A DNA stretch of 64,000 nucleotides, taken from Polyangiaceae bacterium (GTDB lineage Bacteria; Myxococcota_A; Polyangia; Polyangiales; Polyangiaceae). Below are positions 37,187-44,893 of this stretch, in pieces. The stretch lies in the NCBI GenBank assembly GCA_965222375.1, contig CBDCTZ010000008.1, positions 384,001 through 448,000 of the forward strand, written 5' to 3'. The stretch's first letter is position 1. Every line of letters begins with the position of its first letter. A program made the position numbers and the translations under genes. Under the pieces are notes generated by a model, which did no database searches, was not told where the DNA came from, and saw only the letters and a list, made by a program, of their open reading frames with translations.

Positions 37187-37396
37187 ATCTCAACTAGTTA
37201 CGTCACGACTCTCAAGTAGCGCCTGCAACATCTGAGCTAGGCTGAACACCCGTCACGCGTCCCGCCCTCGTCGTTCCATTCAATGGAACGCACCCGTCCC
37301 CATCCGGCGTGCAGACAAAGGTGATCAATTTCAATGGCTTAGGTCCACGGCTCTCAGGTCGCGAAGGAAGGTCCGCCCAGAAGTTGAGGCGGTGCT

Positions 37397-38512
37397 TCAG
37401 CTACTCGAACTATGGCGCGCAAGGGCGCGATGAAACGCGTCTATTGCGATTTCGATCTGCCGCCGTGTGGTCGTCTCGCCCAAGCTCACACGAACCGCAC
37501 TCTTCGCCCGTTCGTCACCCGCCATTGCCATGATGACCGGGGACGCCTCCTGGCTGCCGGCGCTGCAGGCGCTTCCGCTCGATACCTCGACGCCCATCAG
37601 GTCGAGAGCGACCACCAATTCGTCTCCGCGGGTGCCGTTGAAGGACAGGTTGCTGACGTGGGGCAGCCGCGGCGCTCCTAGACCATTGATGCATCCGTAG
37701 CGCACGAGGGCAGACTCCAAACCGTCCCGAAGATTGCCCAGCGCCGCGTAGCGTTCCGGCCCGGACGCCAATCGCCGCAGGGCCGCCAAGAGGCCCGCCG
37801 CCGCCACAGGATCGAGCGTTCCAGCGCGAAGACCCCGTTCCTGGGCCCCGCCGACGAGGATCGGTCGCAGTTCGGCCGGACTTGTCCGCCAAATCAAAGC
37901 CCCGAGCCCCTTCGGCCCACGGACCTTGTGGGATGAAACGGCCAAGCTGTGGGCGTGGCGGAGGGCCGTCAGAGGTGCTCTGCCAACCAGCTGGACCGCA
38001 TCCACGTGCAGGCGCGCCTCGTGGGCGTCGGCGATCCGGCGCGCCTCGGCCAGAGGCTGAATCACGCCGGTCTCATGGTTGGCCGCCATCACCACCAGCG
38101 TGGCCGGCCCGGGCAATGAGTCGAGGGCCCGCACCATGGAGTCTAGATCGACCACGCCTGCGGCATCGACGTCGAACCAGGCCACGCGCCCTCCCCGTGC
38201 CTCGAGGGTGTCCGCAACGCGGGTGACGGACGGGTGCTCGATTCGGCTCAGCGCCAATCCCATCGCCCCCGACAAGGCAAGGTTGTTCGCCTCGGTCCCT
38301 CCCGAAGTGAAGATCACATCTCGCGGGTGAGCGCCGAGCAACTGCGCCAGCTGGTCTCGCAGGTTATCCACCACCTGGCGTGCTTCCCGCCCCCGCCGGT
38401 GCACGCTGGAGGGATTGCCCCAGGTGTCAGCCAGGGCGGCAGCCATCGCCGCGAGCACATCGGCGTGGGGCGGTGCGGTGGCATTCCAATCCAGATACAC
38501 CCGCTCGATCAT
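37397..38512 (-). CDS. iscS: Cysteine desulfurase (IscS/NifS family, PLP-dependent)
   Basis: YLDWNAT, GNPSSVH, TSGGTEANN, HVDAVQ, SHK, SSGSACS. Confidence 0.9.
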   Translation of the reverse strand: MIERVYLDWNATAPPHADVLAAMAAALADTWGNPSSVHRRGREARQVVDNLRDQLAQLLGAHPRDVIFTSGGTEANNLALSGAMGLALSRIEHPSVTRVADTLEARGGRVAWFDVDAAGVVDLDSMVRALDSLPGPATLVVMAANHETGVIQPLAEARRIADAHEARLHVDAVQLVGRAPLTALRHAHSLAVSSHKVRGPKGLGALIWRTSPAELRPILVGGAQERGLRAGTLDPVAAAGLLAALRRLASGPERYAALGNLRDGLESALVRYGCINGLGAPRLPHVSNLSFNGTRGDELVVALDLMGVEVSSGSACSAGSQEASPVIMAMAGDERAKSAVRVSLGETTTRRQIEIAIDAFHRALARHSSSS

Positions 38513-39732
38513 TCGGAAGAACTCGGAGCCTTCGTCGCGGCCCGCTCCGGAACCCGCATGTAGAAAGCGCAGCCAGATAGCTTGCGCCCGGAGAAGCGCT
38601 CCGCCGACGGTGACTGCACATGCACGTCTCCTCCGTGGCCGCGAGCGACGCCGCGTACGATCGCGAGCCCGATCCCCGCTCCACCGAACTCGCGGGTGGG
38701 TGAGCCGTCCACCTGGTAAAACGGCTCGAACAGCCGCCCCGCCTTTTCCGCGGACACTCCAGGCCCGGTGTCCGCCACGCAGATTTCGTACTGACGAGCT
38801 GCCGCGCTGCGCACCCGCACGCCAATGGCGCCACCCTCCGGCGTGAATTTCACGGCGTTGTCCAACAGCGCGAGGGCGGCCTGCTCCAACCGTGCTCGGT
38901 CGCCATAACCCGGCATGGCGTCCGCAGGCACGTCGGCGTACAGGTCGAGGCCAGCGGATTCCGCTCGCTTGCGATATTGCTCGATCGCCGACGTCACGAC
39001 CGCGACCAGATCGTATTCGCTGGGCGAAAACCGCATCTTGCCGCTCTCGATGCCGGTAACGTCTAGCAGCCCGTCGATCAGTCCACGCAGGCGCTGCACA
39101 CATTCGTCGACGGACCTGAGAGCCTTCTTCTGCCCGGCGTTCATGGGGCCCAACTCATCATCCAAGAGCAAGCGCACGTATCCGACGATGGGGGTCATTG
39201 GCGTCGACAGCTCATGGGAGATGTTGCGGTAGAACTCCTTCCGCGCTTGGTCCAACTCCACCAGCCGCTCGTTCGCCGAGGAAAGCTCCGCTAGTTTCTC
39301 CTCCAGGTGGGCAGCAATTTTCTGACTCTGAAGCCGCAGATGCTTACCGGTGCGATCCGGGGGCGCCTGCTCCTTCCGGCCGTGCAGGTACGTCCGAACC
39401 GTCGCGACAAAAGAGCGAGCATCAATGGGTTTTTGCAGGAAGCCATCACACCCAACGGCCAGGCTGGTGTCTCGGTTGCCCTCGGCGGTGATGGCCACGA
39501 TGGGAACTCCGTCCAAGGACGCCTCGGAGCGAAGCCGCAGGGTCACTTCGTACCCGTCCAGGCCTGGGATGGCGATGTCGACCAGGACCAGATCCGGCGG
39601 ATCCGCGCAGGCCTTGCGGATCCCCTCCAGGCCATCCGGCGCGTCAATGACCTCGAATCCTGCCGGCGTGAGCAGTTTTCGCACGAGCAGCCGGTTGGCG
39701 GGGTCATCTTCGATGTGTAGAACCTTGGGCAC
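38509..39732 (-). CDS. Cytoplasmic hybrid response regulator-histidine kinase (REC-HisKA-HATPase)
   Basis: IEDD...D...KP receiver, ISHELSTP H-box, NAVKF, DTGPG, GAGIGL. Confidence 0.93.
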   Translation of the reverse strand: MPKVLHIEDDPANRLLVRKLLTPAGFEVIDAPDGLEGIRKACADPPDLVLVDIAIPGLDGYEVTLRLRSEASLDGVPIVAITAEGNRDTSLAVGCDGFLQKPIDARSFVATVRTYLHGRKEQAPPDRTGKHLRLQSQKIAAHLEEKLAELSSANERLVELDQARKEFYRNISHELSTPMTPIVGYVRLLLDDELGPMNAGQKKALRSVDECVQRLRGLIDGLLDVTGIESGKMRFSPSEYDLVAVVTSAIEQYRKRAESAGLDLYADVPADAMPGYGDRARLEQAALALLDNAVKFTPEGGAIGVRVRSAAARQYEICVADTGPGVSAEKAGRLFEPFYQVDGSPTREFGGAGIGLAIVRGVARGHGGDVHVQSPSAERFSGRKLSGCAFYMRVPERAATKAPSSSE

Positions 39733-39820
39733 GCATCAAGTGTTTTCCCTCCTCCAACCGGGGATGGCAAGGCCGCGTTGCCCTTGCCAGGCCGGTAGGA
39801 TCTCCCCTAGGTAGCAGCCA

Positions 39821-40312
39821 ATGACCCGCCGAACTTCGAACATCACTCTCGCAACCGCCGTGTTGGGGCTCAGCTGTGGCTGCGCGGACCTGACCGCACC
39901 GGGCCTGAGCGCGGGCCAGTCGACGCCGGCGCCGACCCAGGTCGCGGTGTCGGCCGCTGCGGCACCCCCTGCTGCACCGCCCGCGGCGCCCCAAGAACGG
40001 ATCAAGGCATCCCACGTGCTGATCGCGTACAAGGCCGCGAGGAGATCGAGAGCAAGCCGAACCAAGGCAGAAGCCAAGAAGCTGGCCGACGCTGTATTCA
40101 AGCGCGCCAAAGCGGGTGAAGACTTCGCCGAACTCGCGCGCAAGCACTCCGATGACGCCAGCGCCAAAGCCAAGGGCGGCGACCTGGGCAGCTTTCATCG
40201 AGGCAAGATGGTCAAGCCATTTGCAGACGCTGCATTCGCACTCAAACCCGGTGAGGTGAGCAACGTCGTCGAAACGGAGTTCGGCTTCCACGTCATTCGG
40301 CGGACCGAATGA
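39821..40312 (+). CDS. Parvulin-type peptidyl-prolyl isomerase lipoprotein
   Basis: ASHVLI, FAELARKHSDD, GGDLG.F, MVKPF, GFHVI; lipobox-like SCGC. Confidence 0.93.
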   Translation: MTRRTSNITLATAVLGLSCGCADLTAPGLSAGQSTPAPTQVAVSAAAAPPAAPPAAPQERIKASHVLIAYKAARRSRASRTKAEAKKLADAVFKRAKAGEDFAELARKHSDDASAKAKGGDLGSFHRGKMVKPFADAAFALKPGEVSNVVETEFGFHVIRRTE

Positions 40313-40680
40313 GCAATCGAGACAAGCGCGTGCTGATTGCGGACGACGACGCAGGCATCCGCAACCTGGTCGCTCGAGCTTTGCACACCAACTACCAGGT
40401 CATTCTCGCGGAAGACGGACGCGGTGCCCTCGCCGAGCTCAGCAAAGATCCCCCTGTGGATCTCGCGATTTTGGACGTCATGATGCCCGGCATGGATGGC
40501 TTCGAGGTCGCCGAACAGCTCAAGCTGCTAGAGGGGCGGCACATCCCGATCATCTTCATGACTGCGCGTGACACGCCGAAGGACCACATCCTCGGGATCC
40601 AAGCCGGCGCACGCCACTACGTGACCAAACCCTTCGTGCTCAAAGATCTGATGGACAAGATCTCGAAGATCCTGCGCTAG
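40309..40680 (+). CDS. Single-domain response regulator
   Basis: ADDD, DVMMPGMDG, TA, KPF. Confidence 0.93.
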   Translation: MSNRDKRVLIADDDAGIRNLVARALHTNYQVILAEDGRGALAELSKDPPVDLAILDVMMPGMDGFEVAEQLKLLEGRHIPIIFMTARDTPKDHILGIQAGARHYVTKPFVLKDLMDKISKILR

Positions 40681-40682
40681 CC

Positions 40683-42332
40683 ATGAGCGAATCTGCTGCG
40701 CCGCCGGAGCCCACCCCTGGCCCCAAGCCCATCGCGAAGTGGCCCGCAACCGGTCTCGCGTTGCTCTCGGGCTTTCTCTACTTTCTAGCGTTTCCGGGGA
40801 TCGACATCTGGCCTTTGGCGTTCTTCGCTCTGGTGCCTTTGATCGTCGCCCTACGCGGCCAGACGGCGCGGCGTGCAACCTGGCTCGGCTGGGTCGCCGG
40901 CTTCACCATGACCATGTGCGGCTTCTACTGGCTGCTCGAAATGCTCAAGACCTTCAGCGGGTTCTCGACCCCGCTGTGCCTTCTCTTCATGAGCGTCTTG
41001 TGCGCGTACCAAGCAGGTCGCATCGCGATGCTCGGCTGGCTGACGGCCCGCGCTGAAGCCCGTGGCTACCCGTTTTTCGTCGTCTTCGCAGTGGCCATGG
41101 TCGCCAGTGAGCTGACGTTTCCCCTGCTTTTCCCCTGGACCTACGCGGCCACGGTGCATCAGCTCCCGGTCTTGTTGCAGCTGGCGGAGCTGGGCGGCCC
41201 CTTCTTACCGACCCTCACGCTCGTCTGCGTGAACCTCGCAGTGGCGGAGTTCGTTTTCGCCCGCATGCAGAAGCGCCCTCCGCGGATTCGATTGGCGCTC
41301 GGCCTGGCCTCTGCCTTGGTCGTGTCTGGGGTGTACGGATTGATTCGGATCCCGATGGTGGACGCGCGGGTGAGCGACGCAGACAAGGCGGAGGTCGGTC
41401 TCGTGCAAGCCAACATGAGCTTGATGGGCAAGCGCCGAAACAAAGCCGAGGGGCTGCGTCGCCACACGACCCTGACCCGACAGCTGCTCCGCGAAGGGCC
41501 TCTCGACCTCGTTGTGTGGAGCGAGACCAGTGTGATGTCGCCACAGCAGGAAGAGTTCGCCCCCCTCACCTACAAGAGGCAATTCGCTGGAAGGTTAGGG
41601 GTCCCAGCGATCTTCGGGGCGGTGCTGGTTCGGAAGGTCGATGACGAACGTCGCTACGTATTGTTCAACTCGGCGTTGCTCAGCGATCAGCGTGGCGAGG
41701 TGGTCGGACGCTACGACAAGCAGTACCTGCTTGCGTTTGGCGAGTACCTGCCTTTCGGTAAGACGTTCCCCAAGCTATACGAAATCAGTCGCAACTCCGG
41801 ACGCTTCACGCAGGGCACGACGCTGGAACCACTTCAGCTCGGCAACCGCGGGATCGCGACTTTCATCTGCTACGAAGACATCGATCCTGGATTCGTTCGT
41901 TCCATCGTCAACAGCGGGCCTACAGATCTGCTTGTCAACATCACGAACGACGCCTGGTTCGGAGACACGACGGAACCTTGGATTCACTTGGCGTTGGCCA
42001 AGCTGCGAGCCATCGAACAACGGCGCTTCCTGGTTCGCTCCACGAACAGCGGCATCAGTGCGTTCGTCGATCCCGTGGGCCGGGTCTTGAAACACACGGG
42101 CGCGTTCCGCCAAGAAGCCGCACGAGAAACCGTGGCCTGGCTACGAGGTGCAACCGTGTACGGCATTGTAGGCAACGCACCCTGGTGGCTGCTTTCCATC
42201 CTGAGCGGTGCCATGGCCTTCGTGGTTCGGCCCGGCGGCCGAAAGCCCCAAACCAAGCCCAAATCCACCAAGAAAAAGCCCAAATCCAGAGCGAAGGACA
42301 ATTCGAAAACAAAGTCGCAAGCCGACGAATAG
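40683..42332 (+). CDS. lnt: Apolipoprotein N-acyltransferase
   Basis: Multi-TM N-terminus, WSET, YDKQYLLAFGEYLP, ICYED, NITNDAWFG, RSTNSGIS. Confidence 0.95.
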   Translation: MSESAAPPEPTPGPKPIAKWPATGLALLSGFLYFLAFPGIDIWPLAFFALVPLIVALRGQTARRATWLGWVAGFTMTMCGFYWLLEMLKTFSGFSTPLCLLFMSVLCAYQAGRIAMLGWLTARAEARGYPFFVVFAVAMVASELTFPLLFPWTYAATVHQLPVLLQLAELGGPFLPTLTLVCVNLAVAEFVFARMQKRPPRIRLALGLASALVVSGVYGLIRIPMVDARVSDADKAEVGLVQANMSLMGKRRNKAEGLRRHTTLTRQLLREGPLDLVVWSETSVMSPQQEEFAPLTYKRQFAGRLGVPAIFGAVLVRKVDDERRYVLFNSALLSDQRGEVVGRYDKQYLLAFGEYLPFGKTFPKLYEISRNSGRFTQGTTLEPLQLGNRGIATFICYEDIDPGFVRSIVNSGPTDLLVNITNDAWFGDTTEPWIHLALAKLRAIEQRRFLVRSTNSGISAFVDPVGRVLKHTGAFRQEAARETVAWLRGATVYGIVGNAPWWLLSILSGAMAFVVRPGGRKPQTKPKSTKKKPKSRAKDNSKTKSQADE

Positions 42333-42522
42333 AGCATCGCCGCGTTCCGTCCAACCGTTTTGGGCAATGTCAATTGTGGTTCGAACAGGAATTTGGACGA
42401 CGAAGCAGCGTATGCTCTTGTAACGGCTGGGCCTTGCGCTCACCTCAGGCTTGCGTCGACAATGCACACTTGGCGAGTCATGCTCGCGGCTTTGACTGAG
42501 GAAACATAGGGAGAGACTGAAC

Positions 42523-43059
42523 ATGAAAACGGCTTGGTGGACTTGGCTAGCAGTTGGAACTTCTACGGCAGCCCTTGTGGCCTTGGGCGGCTGCGTAGTG
42601 ACCAGTGATGATGATGGCACGGGTGGTTCCGCGGGTTCCGCGGGTTCCGCGGGTTCCGGTGGCTCGAGCGGCAGCGGTGGCGCCACCGGCGGCAGCGGCG
42701 GCGCGACTGGCGGTACGGGTGGTACGACGGATGCTGGAACCGGTGGTTCCGCGGGATCCGACGCAGGCAAGATCACTTGCACTCCGGATGATCCGAACGA
42801 CAACTGCCAGGTCTGCACCGAGCAGAAGTGTTGCCAGGAGTTCGAAGCTTGTTATGTGAGCGGGGAGAACTGCGGCTTCGGCGGTCCAAAGGGCGAAGGC
42901 GAAATCAACTGCATGTTCGTCTACCTCACCGCCAATCCGGGCGAAAAGGTGGCCGCGGCCAACAACTGCGTCACCCCTGGGCAGAGCATCATCTCGACAA
43001 CCACCAACAACCTGTTCAACTGCCTAGACACACAGTGTCTAACCGAGTGCATTCCCTGA
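42523..43059 (+). CDS. Gly-rich/Cys-rich lipoprotein
   Basis: GGGAG RBS, lipobox LGGC, GSA/GGS repeats, C..C....CC..E...C domain. Confidence 0.8.
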   Translation: MKTAWWTWLAVGTSTAALVALGGCVVTSDDDGTGGSAGSAGSAGSGGSSGSGGATGGSGGATGGTGGTTDAGTGGSAGSDAGKITCTPDDPNDNCQVCTEQKCCQEFEACYVSGENCGFGGPKGEGEINCMFVYLTANPGEKVAAANNCVTPGQSIISTTTNNLFNCLDTQCLTECIP

Positions 43060-43081
43060 TCGAATCTCAGGGTTGAATCGC

Positions 43082-43121
43082 AAACTGCCTGCACGCTGGG
43101 TCGTGCAGGCGGTTTCGTTTT
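43082..43121 (+). terminator. Intrinsic terminator
   Basis: AAACTGCCTGCACG-ctgggt-CGTGCAGGCGGTTT hairpin followed by CGTTTT, just after the lipoprotein stop. Confidence 0.75.
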
Positions 43122-43218
43122 GTCTGAGCTCTTGTTCCTTGCTGCGTGTCTGTTGGGTAGGGTCGAGCACTGCCCGCACGTTGGGCCACGACTCCTGCGT
43201 TGGGCCACGGTTGCGTTT

Positions 43219-43272
43219 GTGAGCGCCAGCGTGGGCGCGAGGGCGAGGGCGAGCGCGGGCGTGAGGGTGAGG
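43219..43272. repeat. Hexamer tandem repeat (GYGRGS-like x9)
   Basis: GTGAGC GCCAGC GTGGGC GCGAGG GCGAGG GCGAGC GCGGGC GTGAGG GTGAGG. Confidence 0.8.
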
Positions 43273-43274
43273 GG

Positions 43275-43451
43275 CTCCGAGCTGGGCGGCGGAGGCTCGC
43301 CTACGAAATCGCCCTGGGCGAAGCGCGGGAAGCGCTGGCGAGTCTCGAATTCGCGGAAGCCATGAGCTACAGGCCGCCCGTGACTCCCGAGTCAAGAGCC
43401 CGCTTCGACCACATCATCGGAACGCTGGTCAACATCGTGCACCGCCCATAG
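43275..43451 (+). pseudogene. C-terminal remnant of a four-helix-bundle (23S rRNA IVP/Avd-like) protein
   Basis: GRRRLAYEIALGEAREALASLEFAEAMSY...RFDHIIGTLVNIV resembles helices 3-4 of this family; the N-terminal half is replaced by the hexamer repeat. Confidence 0.55.
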
Positions 43452-43549
43452 ACGCAAGCGAGCACCACCTCGTTCGAGACGCGTACAGCCCTTCAGCAGC
43501 CAGCTTCCACCAGCGGAAGGCGACCGGGGCCGGGGGCCCGGAGCGAGGG

Positions 43550-44209
43550 CTACGCCGTGCCGGTCTTCAGGGCTTTCCGCAGGCGCTTGCCATCGGCAAA
43601 CATGTCGACGTTGGTGAAGACGTAGATGGCCGCTTGGTCTGGACGGGTGTTCCCCAGGGCGGCTAGCTCCTCGATCGCGGGGTCCTCGTATCGAGACTTG
43701 TGTCCGGCGGGGCCCGGCAGGCGGTAGTACGCCACGTCTCGCTTGGAAAGGCCCTGGGTCAGCGGGTCACGGGAGGCCAGGGTGTCGGTCTCTGCGGCGA
43801 TGGCGTCGGCATCGTCTGGGTCCCAGGCCGGACCCGGCTCGAACACGATCCTATCGAACTGGGGGCGGACCAGGGTCAGGAACTCCTTGACGGCTGCACG
43901 GTTGGCCCGATTTGCCGGGAAGTCCTGGGGCGCCACGAACACAGCCGTGGTGGCCTCGAGCACGTTGCCCACCTTGTGGAGGGTCTCCAGGGCGGTTTCA
44001 ATGACCTTGCCAGAGCGAAAGCCCTCCTGGCCTATCTCGCGGGGGGCCAGCATGGCGAACTCGAACCCCTTGGGGGCTTCGCGCTTCCAGCGGCGTAGGG
44101 TGCCAGGGCCAGGAACGGCGATGTGGGTCTCCTGGACCTCTACAAAAAGGTACTCCTTGAAGTAGCGCGTCGCAGGGACGGCGAATCCGGCGCACCCAAC
44201 GGTAATCAT
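43550..44209 (-). CDS. DUF72-like TIM-barrel protein (divergent)
   Basis: ITVGCAGF, FVEVQET, RRWKREAP.GFEF, YYRLPG, YVFTN..MFADG. Confidence 0.75.
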   Translation of the reverse strand: MITVGCAGFAVPATRYFKEYLFVEVQETHIAVPGPGTLRRWKREAPKGFEFAMLAPREIGQEGFRSGKVIETALETLHKVGNVLEATTAVFVAPQDFPANRANRAAVKEFLTLVRPQFDRIVFEPGPAWDPDDADAIAAETDTLASRDPLTQGLSKRDVAYYRLPGPAGHKSRYEDPAIEELAALGNTRPDQAAIYVFTNVDMFADGKRLRKALKTGTA

Positions 44210-44267
44210 CGGCGCGGCGAAGGTATCACAGGCGGGGCCAAACGCCACGCATCCCCTTCCCCAGGCA

Positions 44268-44816
44268 CTAGTGGAGCGCCTGATCCCGCGGCTCGGCTTC
44301 ACCCAGGGCCCGGCGGGCCAAAGCGCGCCCCAGCGCCCGGGCGGCCGCACGAGCGGCTTCACGGAACCCCACGGCATCCGGAACCCCCGTGCCGGCGCCA
44401 AAGCGCTCCACGCGACGAACGTCGCCGCTGTCCCAAATCCGTTTTCCCCCGGGGCTCCGCTCCACCCAGGCCCGCCCCACGACCCCGACTGCCGAGCCTC
44501 GGGCCAGAGGCTGCTCGCCGCCCGGTTCGCCCAGAGCCGGCACCACGGATATCCCCGTGGCGGCCTCATCCAATCTCACCACGCGAACCACCAGCCGGGG
44601 GTAGCCCGCGGTCGAAAGGGCTCCGTCGGCAGCCAGCTCCTCGCGAGCAGCCGTCACGGCGGCCACGTTGAGCTCCTGACCCGGAGCGCGGCTGGGCGCA
44701 GCCACCACAGCGAGCCCGTCAGCGCCGTTCGCGCGGCCCCCATGGACGGCGTGGTAGCCACACGCCAGGGACAGAACCGCTAGCACAGGCACCCAGGTAT
44801 GTTTCACATGAAACAT
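44268..44816 (-). CDS. lptE: LptE-like lipoprotein
   Basis: Lipobox LACGY and position directly after leuS, as in the leuS-lptE arrangement; sequence is divergent and start uncertain. Confidence 0.5.
   Translation of the reverse strand: MFHVKHTWVPVLAVLSLACGYHAVHGGRANGADGLAVVAAPSRAPGQELNVAAVTAAREELAADGALSTAGYPRLVVRVVRLDEAATGISVVPALGEPGGEQPLARGSAVGVVGRAWVERSPGGKRIWDSGDVRRVERFGAGTGVPDAVGFREAARAAARALGRALARRALGEAEPRDQALH
44800..44815. promoter_or_regulatory. parS-like ParB-binding palindrome
   Basis: TGTTTCACATGAAACA, 15/16 identical to the consensus TGTTTCACGTGAAACA. Confidence 0.6.
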
Positions 44817-44893
44817 CAAGTTTATCCTCTAAGCTCTTGAAATCAATCGGACAAACGAAGGTTCAGATCTGCTGACTTGTTCAGGTATTCGGA

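Noticed and set aside
43275..43451. Diversity-generating retroelement suggested by the Avd-like fragment
   Set aside because: There is no reverse transcriptase or TR/VR pair with adenine-specific differences in the window
44850..44885. Two GTTCAG half-sites between leuS and lptE as a LexA box
   Set aside because: The left half-sites match poorly and the downstream gene has no link to DNA repair
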